From Eutreptiella sp. 'Long Island Sound 2002' (Eukaryota > Protista > Euglenida), in NCBI GenBank assembly GCA_964036045.1, contig OZ038379.1:15996001-16060000 (forward strand): a stretch of DNA of 64,000 nucleotides, given 5' to 3'. The notes below the pieces were generated by a model, which saw only the letters and a list, made by a program, of their open reading frames with translations, made no database searches and was not told the DNA's origin. The position numbers and the translations under genes are program-made. Positions 12,177 through 24,378 of this stretch are shown piece after piece. Position 1 is the stretch's first letter, and each line of letters begins with the position of its first letter.

Positions 12177-14784
12177 TCTACCTAGGAAACTGCAGTTGTT
12201 GCACATGGTAGCGTCGTGCTGGCGAGGCCAGCCCCAACAAAATTGTTCAGGTGGGGGTACTAGGAACGGCGCTCACGGTGCACACGCAGCGCGTACATCG
12301 GGGCTGTACCAAGAGCGCACAGACAGTATTTTGAGGGCCTATGATGGGGGGCCATTGGGCCAGGTCCAAAACCCTGCACCGTGCGGGCGCGGTGCCCTCA
12401 CGACATTGAAGGCCAGCTGTTGAACGCTTCAGTGATCTGACGGCCCAGTGCAACAGTTACCTGTGCACATACGCACACATATGGAGGCACCAAGTCGAAA
12501 GACAGCCAATGAGTGCGACTGGGAGGAGGACAACAGGGACGTGCTCTTGCAAGGGGGTTTGTGACAAAGGATCAGTAAGTGTGCTGGTGGGACATTTGAT
12601 CACACCACCCTACCAGTACTCACCTCCGCAAGGGCGTCTGTTCTATTATAGTACAGGCAGCCATGTTTCGGTGGTAGGTGGTGGGGGGCAAAGCCGTCGG
12701 CGGCACTTAATCAGCAGCTTGCAGTGAATCGACAGTGGTTGGCAGCACTTGAAGGTTCACTGACAGTGGTTTTCGTCCTCTCCAATGCTCGGCCTCTGCA
12801 TATCTGAGCCCCTTCGCAATCCCCCGGAGACGCGGTGCAACACCCACATGCACCACCTCCAGGCTCAGTGCTGGGACACAGGCTCCAGCTGTACTATTCA
12901 TTCCTAGATGTATGATAACAAGTTCCAGTGCTGCAGGTTGTGGTCAAGGTTGTGCAATGTGAGTTAGGGTTATTATGCAGCCAAAGGACAGCAGGGCGCA
13001 ATAGGTGGGATGATAAACCGAAGTGGCACTCATGAGACAAACCTTCACCTTGTTGACTGGCAGGAACACTGGAAAGAGGTATGCATCACTCTGCAGTGTG
13101 TACTCTAATGTTTGGCACAGGTTGTGGGTGAGAGGTGTGGGACTGAGACTGCATAGCGTTCGCTCACATGCGATACACATACATCACCTGAGAAGCTGTG
13201 TGGTGCGTGTTTGTGTGAGCATGACGGATCATCATTATGAGGAGGGAGTCACTATGACGGTGAAACAGGCTGGCGCTCAGGGGGCGAAGGGTGGGGAAAT
13301 GCATGACATTTCACACTTCTTGGTCTGCAGTGGGGATGGAAGGGTCGCAGGACCACTCACTTTCAGGGAGAGCACAGGAAGGCAAGGAAGAGCAACATGG
13401 TAGGAAGCACGCAATTTGGGAATCAGCGATGCTTCTTTTTGCACAAAATGTTGATGAGGCTTGGCATGCAAAACATCCATTCTGTGGTAGTTTTCACGGA
13501 AGCACTCTTCTCCGCCCCCAAAACACCCAAAAAGCAAAACACGTGGCAATTCTACTTGGCAAATGACGTGCCACAATCATTTGGTCGAGCCTTCTTGTGA
13601 ACACACAGGCTTAACAAGGGATCTCCATCTATGCACACGTCATTGCAAAGCCAAAGCAAACTTGTGCATGCAGCCGTTGGATGGCCCTAGGGGCATAAAA
13701 TAAGTATCATCATCATCATCCTCGTTCACATTGAACTTGGGTGTCTGACCCAATAGAGGAAGGGATGTGCCCTAAAAGGCCATAGGGGGTTTATTGCTCA
13801 AGGCAGGTCTCTGCGAGGTGGACTTGCCGAATGCAATAGAATTTCGTCTTCCAAAATGATGATTTTACAAGGGGTTAAACATCCAACTTCCTACATTGTG
13901 GTAGGCTACGCGATCATTCCCCCCAAAACGGGGTATAAGGCGTGCGCGGGTGCGCTTGATCTAACAACCTCTTCAAGATGATTTCAAGGCACAAAAAGGA
14001 ACAGGGTGTCGAATCATGCGTTGCTGCTTCTGACACACTCCAACCTGAAATGAGAACTTTTTACACAAGGCAAGCGCCACCACAAATTCATTGCTGTCTG
14101 GTGGCTGCACAAGGAGGGGAATACATTTACCACCTCTCAGCTCTCAGTGCATTGCAAGTGGTTCCAGGGTAATAAAGAAGTTTGGACAGAAACGTCTCGT
14201 GTACAGCTCAGCGTGGCCCAGGTTGAAGTCGTTGGTGCACCGTCCATTTACGGGACCTTGGCCGGGTAAATCGCAGTTTAGATAGATCGTGTGCTCGTGT
14301 GACAGCCCAAAAGGGTCATTGAAGAGCAGCCACAGAGGTCCCGCTCAGGCATGGCGCGTACCAAGGCAATTGCCATACAACCGGGTGCCATACGGCTTGA
14401 TGCACGGGGTTCCTGTGAATGCACCTTTCCTATTCCAGCATCCCAGCCCCTCCCCCCCAGGTACTGTTGTCTTGTCCGTGTAGCAATCTCCTGTCACAAA
14501 TGGTTAGCCACTGAAGGCCCGTAATTGATGGAGCTGCTGCCACAGCTTCCAAGCAGAAAAATGCCAAAAATGAGACTAGATGGGCCCTGTCTGCATGTTG
14601 GGCCCCCGAAATGCAGCCCCAGTGTACAGGATTTTGGGCTGGATGTCGCCTTGAAGGCCCGAACATGCGAGGACACACCGGAAAACAACATTTTTGCAGC
14701 GGCTTTCAGATGCCTCCCAGTTGCAATAAGGAGAGGACAGGGGGTGTTTACCCTCTCGAAATGGCTCCACCTAGCCTTATGCTC

Positions 14785-15125
14785 GGGTTTCCCAGTATAG
14801 CGGACGGAGTGAACTACCTCCCCCGCCCCCTAGTGCACCAGTAACATCACAGCCAAACTACCGCGTGACCTAACCACCCTGCAACAGGCCATAAACAGCA
14901 CCGACACAGACATGAGAATCGCTTCATGGAATCATGGATTGTACAAGGGGTCCAGGGAACGACAAGCCAACAACGTTAGCCAACATCATTCAACTACTAT
15001 GCTCCAGTACAATCGACGCAGCCGGTCTCCAGGAGTCCCATATCCAAACAAGGGTAAAAGGACCACAAATTGCGGAAACAGTGTACAAGTGTACATTAGC
15101 TCCACGCGAAGCAAGCAACCGTTTG
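14785..15125 (+). mobile_element. 5' fragment of a LINE: N-terminus of an APE endonuclease, frameshifted
   Basis: ATG at 14912 gives MRIASWN. The shifted frame gives ...LANIIQLLCSSTIDAAGLQESHIQ...VYKCTLAP (APE motifs xSWN and LQE; LQE at 15027-15035). YKCxxAP matches the start of the 55.7-kb element. Confidence 0.65.
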
Positions 15126-15275
15126 ACGGTTTACGAATGGCGATGAATGGAGAATGAAGAGAGCGCACTGTCATGAACGTACGCCGTATCCATCGTTCCC
15201 TCCCTCCCCCCCTCCTCCCCGCCAGTGCCCTCCTGTTGACTTGCATTCCGGCGATCCATCCAGAGACTTGCCATC

Positions 15276-17996
15276 TCATTTGCGCCGCGGTCGTTTCGCA
15301 GTCGGCTGGCTCCCCTTGGCCGGGGCAGGCCGCTTCCGTGCGGACTTCGCACGGGGCTGTACAGAGCCTTTTCTCCTCGGGGTCGACGCAGGCTTTTGGA
15401 GCGCCGGCCGCGACGGTGCAGAGGTCCCCCGCCGTTTGGCAGGCGAGGACACCGCATCCGCCCCTCTTTTTCTTACTGGCCTTCCCCTTTCCCGAGCAGT
15501 GGCTGCGGACTTGTGTGTACGCTGCGAGCCCTGTCCCGAAGGAGGCCTTCCTCTTGGCTTTGGAGGGTCCACTGCGGCGGACCTGCCCCGGGGCTTCGGT
15601 GGCACCTTCGAGGCAGAGCTGTCTTTTGGCCTTGACGACTGCTTTGAGGCACTGCCTTTGGGCAACGGACGGTCCACTGAGGTGGACCTGCCTCTCGGCT
15701 TCGGCGGCGACTTTACGGCAGAGCTGTTGTCTCTTGGCCTTGACGGCTGCTTCGAGGTTCTGCCTCTTGGCTTCGGAGGCGCGTTTGATCTGGGCGTTGG
15801 AGGCTCCTGGGAGCTGGCCCTACCTCTGGGCTTCGCAGGCACCGATGGGGCGCAGAACAACGAGACGGCGCCGACCCAGTGGTCAGGGTCCACGGCAGTG
15901 CCTCTCCACTGGTCAGCGTCCAGTGACAGATCCGCTGCGGAGCTCGGCAGCGACATCCGGCGAAGTGTCATCCCAAGTGCGGTACTGGGCTGGGTTGCCG
16001 TGGAGGAGCCCGAGCCCCTGCGGCGGCTTCGGCCCATTGCTGTCTCTGGGGAGGCATCGGGAGCAGCATGGCAATCATCTACGGCCGCCGCGGAACCGGA
16101 ATTTTTCAGCCTCGTCCGGGCGTCTGGCGTCGTGCTTTCCTCATTCTGGGTTTCCCGCGCACCGCTAGGCACACTGGTGGACCTGCAGGCATCGTTTTCC
16201 CGTGATGGGCTGGCTGTGGCGTCGCTAGAGGCACATGGGGCGACAGCATCCCCGGCGACCATGTCGACGTCGGATGTGCTGCTAACAGTGTCTTTGATAC
16301 TCGGGCTTCGAGCGGCGTCCTCCTTCCCCGGGCTCCGGATGGCGCCCTTGCACGTGGCATCGATGCTCACGTTAGGCAATGAAGGGGCGTCACTGGTGCT
16401 GCTGCCCGCCGTCAGCCCGGAAGCACACGAGCCCTTGGCCCCGGTGCTGGTGGCACTAACCTCGTCGTTTCGGGTTTCGAACGTCATCAGTCCGAAAATG
16501 CCACTGCTGCTACTGCTGGACTCGTCGCTTGTTGGACTAACGTCGTTGCCACAGGGGGTGCCGATGCCGCCACTACCACTACTGGCCGGACTGATGCCGG
16601 CGCTCGGGTGGCGAGCTATCGTTGTGCTGCTGGTGCGCTTGACAAGCGCGTGCCGTGGCTGCCCAGGGCGGCCCTTCAACAGCGGAGACTTCGCCGCAAT
16701 CAGCACTGGTACTGGTAGCGGCGGTGAATCTTGCACTGGCTCTGTCGGTGCACTACTGCAACGCCGAACGAGGTCAGACAATGAGGCGGTGGTGGAAGGG
16801 GGGTGTTCCTCGGCGTCGGAGTCGCTTTCTTCAACGTCGTCAACGATAGCGCTCTCGTTAAGGGCAACGTTCCCGTTGCCGTACTCCTCCTCCTCGCCCG
16901 TGAGTGGGACATTGCCGCGGGCCGCTTGCTGCGTACTATCCATAGCCTCATCATCCCAATTGCGATCATCCTCGGTAAGGAGACCGTCAGGTGACTCATC
17001 AACATGGCACCCGTTGGCCGTTGCGAGGCTCGTCGCGGCATCCGGTCGGTCTATGGCGACGATGACCACGGTAATATCATCGTGATACAACCTCCGATTC
17101 CCCGGGTTGATCCTACGCAATTGCTCGTACGACATATTTAACGCTACCGCGATCTTTTCCCGCAACACATAATCAATAAGTTGCTGTGCGGCTCCACTAA
17201 CGTTGCCCGTGCGATCAACATATGCCCGAACCACGTCAACCACTTCTTGGTTGCTCATCCAATTGTACAAACCGTCGGAGGCAAGCAATACAAATTTGTC
17301 GCTTTCCGGGTCCAAACGCCGGGTCTTAATAACCGGTGTGCAAGTGATGTACGGCACATAGCGGCTATATGGCAGGAACGATTTCTCCTTCCTTTTGAGG
17401 TACGCGTCACCCATGGCACGCGTGACCATAAGGCTTCCCGCAACGCGCAATGGCCCACCAGATAGCGGCGACCGACGGATGGGGTTCTTGTCTGCCGTGC
17501 GTTGCCTCACCAACATGCACTCCTTTTCATTTTGGCAATCTTGGTCCACGCTTAGCGGCTTTGCGCACCACTCGTCGTCTGCACTCGTGCACAGGATTGC
17601 TCTACTATCCCCGATGTTCGCGACGAATACCCACTTCTTGTAGAAGCAAGCTACTAGTGCACAAGATCCTGTAGTCGACTTCACCTGCGGACGATCCAAG
17701 AATTTATTGTCCATCGAAGAGAAACACGACCGGATCGCCTCCTTAATGTAATTCCTCTCGTCTTCCTCAGTTTCGAAATTGAGAGGTCTCGATGATAACT
17801 CGAGCAAGTTGCTAGCCAACTGGTGAGACATGAAGTGGGAGCAATCCCTACCACCATGGCCATCAAATACTCCATAGAATTTGCTCACATGGGTGTCTAC
17901 GTGGACGTCGAGTGCCACAAATGTGTCCTCGTTGATCACATTGGCTTGGTAAGTGCTTATGGAATGGACAAGGGCCGGGGTACCGCCATGAAACAT
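15276..17996 (-). CDS. Intronless PP2C/PPM phosphatase (906 aa; PDP/plant clade-D-like catalytic domain) with a long low-complexity tail bearing AT-hook-like repeats
   Basis: Motifs YQANVINED, FYGVFDGHGG, VANIGDSRA, RVAGSLMVTRAMGDAYLK, FVLLASDGL and HDDITV are all present. A probable trans-splice acceptor (ccttgttcgttccaag|) lies about 25 nt upstream of the ATG. Ends in TGA. Confidence 0.9.
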   Translation of the reverse strand: MFHGGTPALVHSISTYQANVINEDTFVALDVHVDTHVSKFYGVFDGHGGRDCSHFMSHQLASNLLELSSRPLNFETEEDERNYIKEAIRSCFSSMDNKFLDRPQVKSTTGSCALVACFYKKWVFVANIGDSRAILCTSADDEWCAKPLSVDQDCQNEKECMLVRQRTADKNPIRRSPLSGGPLRVAGSLMVTRAMGDAYLKRKEKSFLPYSRYVPYITCTPVIKTRRLDPESDKFVLLASDGLYNWMSNQEVVDVVRAYVDRTGNVSGAAQQLIDYVLREKIAVALNMSYEQLRRINPGNRRLYHDDITVVIVAIDRPDAATSLATANGCHVDESPDGLLTEDDRNWDDEAMDSTQQAARGNVPLTGEEEEYGNGNVALNESAIVDDVEESDSDAEEHPPSTTASLSDLVRRCSSAPTEPVQDSPPLPVPVLIAAKSPLLKGRPGQPRHALVKRTSSTTIARHPSAGISPASSGSGGIGTPCGNDVSPTSDESSSSSSGIFGLMTFETRNDEVSATSTGAKGSCASGLTAGSSTSDAPSLPNVSIDATCKGAIRSPGKEDAARSPSIKDTVSSTSDVDMVAGDAVAPCASSDATASPSRENDACRSTSVPSGARETQNEESTTPDARTRLKNSGSAAAVDDCHAAPDASPETAMGRSRRRGSGSSTATQPSTALGMTLRRMSLPSSAADLSLDADQWRGTAVDPDHWVGAVSLFCAPSVPAKPRGRASSQEPPTPRSNAPPKPRGRTSKQPSRPRDNSSAVKSPPKPRGRSTSVDRPLPKGSASKQSSRPKDSSASKVPPKPRGRSAAVDPPKPRGRPPSGQGSQRTHKSAATARERGRPVRKRGADAVSSPAKRRGTSAPSRPALQKPASTPRRKGSVQPRAKSARKRPAPAKGSQPTAKRPRRK

Positions 17997-19054
17997 TTAA
18001 AACAATGGGCCGCACAAAAGACTTGGAACGAACAAGGAATCACAAGACGAGAGGGAATCATAAGAGGTGGTTGATAACTCCCTACTACAAGCATATCTCA
18101 CTTTCATCATATCTTTGAAACCTAGGGGGTGCGGGGGTTGCTTTGGGAATAACACAGAGGGTCCCTTTTCGTCAATACAAACGTGACGAAGACATGTTGT
18201 TGTCCAGAAATTTCTTCTTTCTTTCTCGTGCCTTGTTACGTGGAAGTTGGCGTTAACGCATTCCCCCAAGTCGGTTTTGCGCCGTGGTTGATGCGCTAGC
18301 CATATCAAAAAAGGCTTTTGCCCGTCCTTGCGGGGCCCATTGAGGTGAGATGGCACAAAGAACGTGGCATTCGGTAGCAAACCAAGGGAAACTTGCGAAG
18401 CACGTAGGTACTCTTTGACATCTCTCGAGTTCTTACGAATTCGAAGAAGCCGAAGATAGATCAAATAGGCGTAGTTCTCTTCTGTTGGCGTCGCGTGATA
18501 CATTTGCACAATTCCGTCCACAATTCACCAGTTTCTATCGGGGGACGCTTTGCCTTCCGAGAATGTGGGCAACAATTGGCAGCATCCCGCAAACAGGGCT
18601 CATCGTATCGATAGTGTTCAGAGAGAAAGCAAGCTTCAAAGAATCACCACCCGGAAAACAATAGGGACCGGTGGGGTTTAACTTTGTCACCGTGTTTATC
18701 AATTGTTGCATGGGGATGTTTGTGTAGGCTGTGCGGTTGTATTACACAAGATCCACGGGAATTGCGTTCCTACTGCTTACTTCTACAGCCCTGGGCGATA
18801 TCCCACCCCTGTATTTAGCTCCCAAGAGCTTAATGACGTATTAGGATGTGCTGTGCACACCTTCCATCGCTTCCTCAGATTCACAAGGAAAGGAAGCAGG
18901 ATCACGGAAAAATTCGTATGACATCGGGAGTCAATAAAAAAAATCAGGAAAATCGGTTGCTCAAACTTCAAAAAGTCAAAGAATACTGGAAATCCACAGG
19001 CGTCGCGCAAACGGTTATCTGGGAATAGGCGCGAGGTCGGGCGCGGGAGAATCA

Positions 19055-19126
19055 AGGTCCTACCCGGATCCGAACCGGGGTTACAGGAATCAGAATCCTG
19101 GGTGCTAACCACTACACTATAGAACC
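19055..19126 (-). tRNA. tRNA-Gln (anticodon CTG)
   Basis: Revcomp GGTTCTATAGTGTAGTGGTTAGCACCCAGGATTCTGATTCCTGTAACCCCGGTTCGGATCCGGGTAGGACCT (72 nt) folds into a cloverleaf: acceptor GGTTCTA/TAGGACC, anticodon stem CAGGA/TCCTG around TTCTGAT, T-stem CCCGG/CCGGG. Confidence 0.95.
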
Positions 19127-19876
19127 TGTGATGCTGTGCCGAGAGCGCATATAAACTACAACCTACATTGAGATCTCGTGTATCGCTTAGGTACAGTCAC
19201 AAGTACGTATGCGTCTGGATGGTTGATACTGGAACGAACAACTTCTCGTACCGTTGATTGATTTTTCCAAAAGAATTCTCTTTGCTGTAGTTGAAAGCCT
19301 TGAAAGTAACGTGTGGGATTCCCTCAACATAGATACTCTCTAGAGTCATCATTCGTGCATTGGTAGACCTAGATCAAAATATACTGTAGTGGTTACCGTG
19401 GTTTTATAGTGCCTTTGCGGTGATCGCTTCGTCTTGACACAACACCTCATCTCACATATCGATACGATTTCCCAAAAAACAAGTTCCTTGTATGCCGAGT
19501 CTTCATCCATGAGACAAACAACTACCAAAGTGTAGTTTTAGCATTATCAATTCCGTGTGCCATTCATGCCACATGCATTTCAATTCGAGCGCAAAGACGA
19601 GCGAATCGGAATACGGACAGTAGAGGACGCATGCATCGTGCATGGATGATGGATCGGGCTTGGATGCTCCTACACACATCCCTTTTTGTGCCATGGAGGT
19701 CTGGTATCGGACGACGAGAAGATCTTGGTGCCCTTGACTGAAAAAAAGGTAATGTGGAGGAAGAAATTGCATTGGGAAATAAAAAGCTTTAGTTGTAATT
19801 GGTAGCCTCTTCGTAACGTATCGCACGTTTGTCCAACAGAATGTCTCTTCATATCTCCAAGTACGTTGGCAAGGCC

Positions 19877-21572
19877 ATGGAAAATGACATATTGAATGAC
19901 ATTCATAATGCATTGGTTGATGCCGAGAGGGTTCAATTGATCCCGGCCTTCCCACCATCAAGTATATATGCACAATGCCGACAAACTATTGTGGTTTGGA
20001 TGATTGAGGTTTGCGAAGCAATCGCAACGAAAGCAAACGCGGTGTGCTTTCAAGCATGTTATTTTTTGGACCGCGTATTTTTGAACAACGGGCTCGATGA
20101 TTTAGCCCATCGTGGGAAATTTCAGGTTTGTGGAGTCTTGTTACTTAACCGTCCAAGCTACTTGAGTTGAGTCGCAATTATAGGTTCATTCGCCTTACAT
20201 CGCCTCGTGTTGCATTAGGTTCGCTTTCGTGGTTTCCTAATGGTTTCCGAGTAATGCTTTTGCATCCATACTTTGAAGAAGGGGAGCTTCCAAATCGAGG
20301 AAAATAACACCGATTGCCCACTTCACCGATTGCCCACGCACATGCTATTTGCTTGTTTGCTTGCAGCTATTTGCTATGGCATGCATTTGGATTGCCATGA
20401 AGTTTGCCGAAAGCGAAGATGTGCGTGACCTTGGGAAACAACTTGTGGATTATTCCAACGATGCGTACAAATTGGAAGACCTTGTGTCAGCGGAGCACGC
20501 AGTTCTAACCTTGCTAGATTGGAGGGCAAATCTCGTCACTCCCAATTGTTTCTTGGGCGTTTACATGTCTCAATTGACGTTGCACCGTGACGTGCATTCC
20601 CTCACAATTCTTCTGTTGGGCCTTGCACTACAGCAACACCATTTCATGATTTACGCGCCATCTATTTTGGCATCAGCGGCTCTACAGGTGTGCAAAATTG
20701 GATCACAACCTGCAACTCCGCCATGGCATTATGGTAAGGGTGCTTGAGCCGCGTTCGCCCTACGACTCACCCGGCCACCGCGGAACGGGCGTGGCCACGT
20801 TGGGGTACATATTACCACACACAAAACATGCAAGTGAGTGCTAGTGCTAGTGCAAAGACTAAAGGTTGTGCACGCTAAGAGTTGAAACGTACGTGCGAAA
20901 GAAGCATGATGTTTACAACGTGATTGACAGCCGATTTATCCAACACACGTTGGACCTACGGGTTCATCCCACGCGGCAAACGTGTGTTAAGAATGTTTTG
21001 TTGCATAAACAAATCGATGCGCTAAAAACTGTGCTTCACGAATGTTGTTGCTTGCCTCGGTGGGTGGGCCTAGCACGCAGAGCCCGGTCCGTTTGCCCGT
21101 GAGCCACGGATATGGGGCAAGTGAGTTGAAGGATGGAGGTGGCATGACATTGCGTGGCATGCCACCTTCTACAACATTGTGTAAGTTGTCAACAAGTAGG
21201 TGTCCAGTCGAGCAATGGGGAAGCAAGCAAAGTTTAGAAAGGTGTTTCGGCGGGACACTCGTGTTTTGAATACCACGGAGTACAGGCGTTTTTTCCGAAA
21301 AATATTGGTTCAACACGCGCACCGCGCACACCGTGTAACCCGAGGAACATGAGGAACAGTGCACTTTTGTGGATGGGAGTGGAATGTTTGCCTCGGTGCT
21401 CACAATTGCCACGCGCTTCCCGATTGGCGGAGAGTTCGGATTGAGGCTCTCCGGTTGGCAAGGGGCTCTCCCGGCTTGCTTGGCCCCCTCCCTCGCCAAC
21501 AAACATCGAACTAACAAACATCGAAGTAACCAACATCTAAATTTATGCCCACGCTACGTGCGGCGGACACTG

Positions 21573-21605
<33 letters not shown>

Positions 21606-22296
21606 TCTCACTAAGCCGTCTTGCCCTTTATGTTGACCAGGCACGCAAGCGACTGCATAGACTCATCCGCACAAGTGTCACATATTTAATTGCACTCTGG
21701 ACACCGACAGTAAAGACACCATCAAGCAAGATTGTGCGACCCGCACTACTATCAAGGCCTTGGTAATGCCATACAGAGCCCCGAAGTCGGGCAGTCTCCA
21801 TGTGTCGGTATTATGCCCAATGTGGAAAGTAGAATGAGTGCAACGACACGATGAATTTTTGCAGCCCCCAAGCAACTTGGATGCTAACGTGTGTTCAAGG
21901 TTATATTCATGTGTTGTGGTTGTTGTTTTGCTTGACACTCGCATCTCTTCGTTGCAGTGTGCGGGCCATTTGGTGTATGTTGACGGAGACCTGAAAGAGG
22001 ATGCATTTGCTGCTTGGAGTGCACAGGTGGTGAACATCAGCAAACTTTCAATCATCGAGGTGTCGCCATGCGCCCAACTCATGTACGAAGCATACAACCA
22101 GTTTGCGGCCAACCACGCACGCGTGATCTCGCCCATGAATCGGATGGAGTCAACCGTGGAGAGCTCATGCATTGTTTCGGCTGATTGTGAGGTGTCATCG
22201 TTACCCTCATCACCATCAGACACTAGTAGTGTTGGTCCCATGGAGCCTTCCCCTGGCGAGGAAGACTTTGGATTGACGGTTGATGGTCATGAGTAA
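19877..22296 (+). CDS. Cyclin, three exons: join(19877..20125,20367..20687,21958..22296), about 302 aa
   Basis: Cyclin box CRQTIVVWMIEVCE...QACYFLDRVF...KFQ|LFAMACIWIAMKFAE...AEHAVLTLLDW; cyclin C-terminal part YAPSILASAALQ|CAGHL...W...CAQLMYEAY. Two phase-0 GT-AG introns (20126-20366, 20688-21957) with pyrimidine tracts. The start could alternatively lie upstream, and exon 3 assignment is less certain. Confidence 0.8.
21573..21605. repeat. (CTA)11 microsatellite in cyclin intron 2
   Basis: Direct reading of the sequence. Confidence 0.95.
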
Positions 22297-22762
22297 TGTT
22301 AGATACCAATTGATTCCTGCTTGGGTCGTAGCGCATCACTGTTGGTTGGTGCACCCCTTTTTTTCGACTGATTCTAGCTTGGCACTTTTTGGTCGGATTG
22401 TATGTCGCATTTCGCCGTCTTACCTTGAGACGAGGTTGCACTGCTTGCAACCAGTAACGTGCTCAATTTTTTCCCAACGACGAGTCCATGCCCTCGTTCG
22501 CTGGCACGTGTCCTACTGCATCTTCTAGCACTAGCGGTGGTGCAGCGGCGGCCTCCACCCGCCAACGGCATTTGTAACCGACAACAACCGCTACGTTCCC
22601 GCTCGTCCCCGGACATTTCCCCTTTGTCCCCGGACATTTCGGTCTTGCCTACCCTCTCCAACCGGCTTCCCGACAGCTCTTGACACGCCCAATCTGCGCC
22701 CCCTTGCATCCCTGTCCCCATCAACGCAAGCTGACAGAAGGGTAACCATTCCAGTCCCTCTG

Positions 22763-23163
22763 TCACCCTCACTCTCTCAATCCCCTGACGTCCAAAATTC
22801 TAGCGAAAGACTCGGGTTGTCCAATATGTTGGCAGAACGGGAAAGGGTTGGTTCTCTTCCAAAACCGGCACGAAGCGCCAGGTCGATTCAGCCGGCCGAG
22901 GACCTGTCGCCACCGGGTCGCCTCCCGCAACTGGTCGCTGTTGTAGGACTGGCCTGATGCAGAGAGCAAGTGGTTGGCCCCTCTGGTCTCGTTCATGTCT
23001 CGGACGGTTGTCTGCACTCTGCTGATCCTGGGCTGCCCATTCAACGCCGATTGAACTGCAGGTCACCGACCTGGCAGAGACAACCCCCCTCCCCGCCCGA
23101 TTGGGCAATTTTTGTGGCGTCGGGGACCTCCCGGTCCAAGCGGAGATGACGATGCGCTTCTGT
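22763..23163. repeat. 401-bp direct repeat, copy A
   Basis: Matches 25964-26364 (offset 3201); only two substitutions seen. Confidence 0.9.
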
Positions 23164-24378
23164 TGGTTGCTTGATCGCCTGCCCTCGCAGGCTTTGGCCT
23201 GCTGCTGCGCCCTTTTGGATGGCGCTCGCGTCTGTCGGCCGCGCATTTCCCGAAGTGCACAGTGCCTGAGGCGCCCATGGCTGTTCTGATGGCTGAGGTA
23301 CAGTGAGGGGGCTGTACGGTGCGCGCCTCGTGCGGTGACCAACGGCAAAGAGGACGACGGCTGCTGCAGAACTGCACAGTCGCGAAGCTGAATCCCGAAC
23401 GGCAGACCATGTGGGATACATCCGTCACGTGCGCGCGCCGTGCAGCCACTCCCTCAGTCGGAGTACAGACTGGATCAGTTTTGGGGCCCAATTCTAATTT
23501 GGTGCCAATTGTATATTCCGCCCGCCGCTCTCTGTCACCCGCCCCCTGCTGTTCGCAAGTTCACATAAACGCGTGAGCGGCAGGTTGCTTCTGTTGCCTG
23601 CCCAAATACCTGTGTGTGACAGGACACTCCTGCCTGCCACACACCTCCTGCTTGCCTGCCAACAAAGCCAAACCACCTCCCCAGGGTTCTGCCCCAAGCA
23701 GTGCCGTGGACAGTGGTGTGCGTGCGTGGGCAGTCAAGGTCAAGTGATCCGCACCGAGCTGCCATTGTAACAGTGACAGCACCCGTTGCATGCATTTCTT
23801 GTGCAGTATGACCAGTGCCACGTTGTCCCATCTCCCTGGAACACAGTTTGGCACCTTAGCCCATGTTTGTCAGTTTGTTTTGTATCTATCAATTATGGCG
23901 ACAGTACTGTCCCCCAGGGGCAGGTGAAATTGACAACCACCCTGGCAGGCAATCTGGTATGCTGGTGAAAACACGTCCAGGAAGTGTGCTGCTATGCAGA
24001 TAAGGCAAGTAGGGACAATTGCAGTACCAAACCGACAAGGTGGCTGTGCAAAACAAGGTGAGTCCACCAAGGTGCCATGTTAAAAAATTTACCTTCTTTA
24101 AAAAGGCTTACTTTATTTAGGCCCCACCCCCTCCCCCCATACAGCGAGCAGCGGAAACACTGCACAGCCCAGAGGCACGCCCCCACAAAACACAGCCCAG
24201 TGGGTCCAACGGAAGTACCAATCAGCAAACCCACCGTTATGGGTCATTCGCCCCATCTTCATTGAGATCACCTTCATTAGCCCCCCCCCCCCGGGGAGGG
24301 CATCACTTGGCAACTGCCCTCGCGGGGGAGGGGTTGCGTACAGGGTCAGGTTGACCAAGGGGGGCACTGATTTGTGTT

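Noticed and set aside
15154-17085. 643-aa plus-strand ORF
   Set aside because: Antisense shadow of the GC-rich PP2C tail; no recognisable motifs.
19130-19420. snRNA/7SL gene divergently coupled to tRNA-Gln, as in trypanosomatids
   Set aside because: No U6 ACAGAG box or other recognisable snRNA/7SL motif seen. An Infernal/Rfam scan would be needed to exclude it fully.
19839-19857. SL-like string upstream of the cyclin (gaatgtctcttcatatctc)
   Set aside because: Only about 11/19 identity, compatible with chance in a pyrimidine-rich acceptor region; the gene also retains introns.
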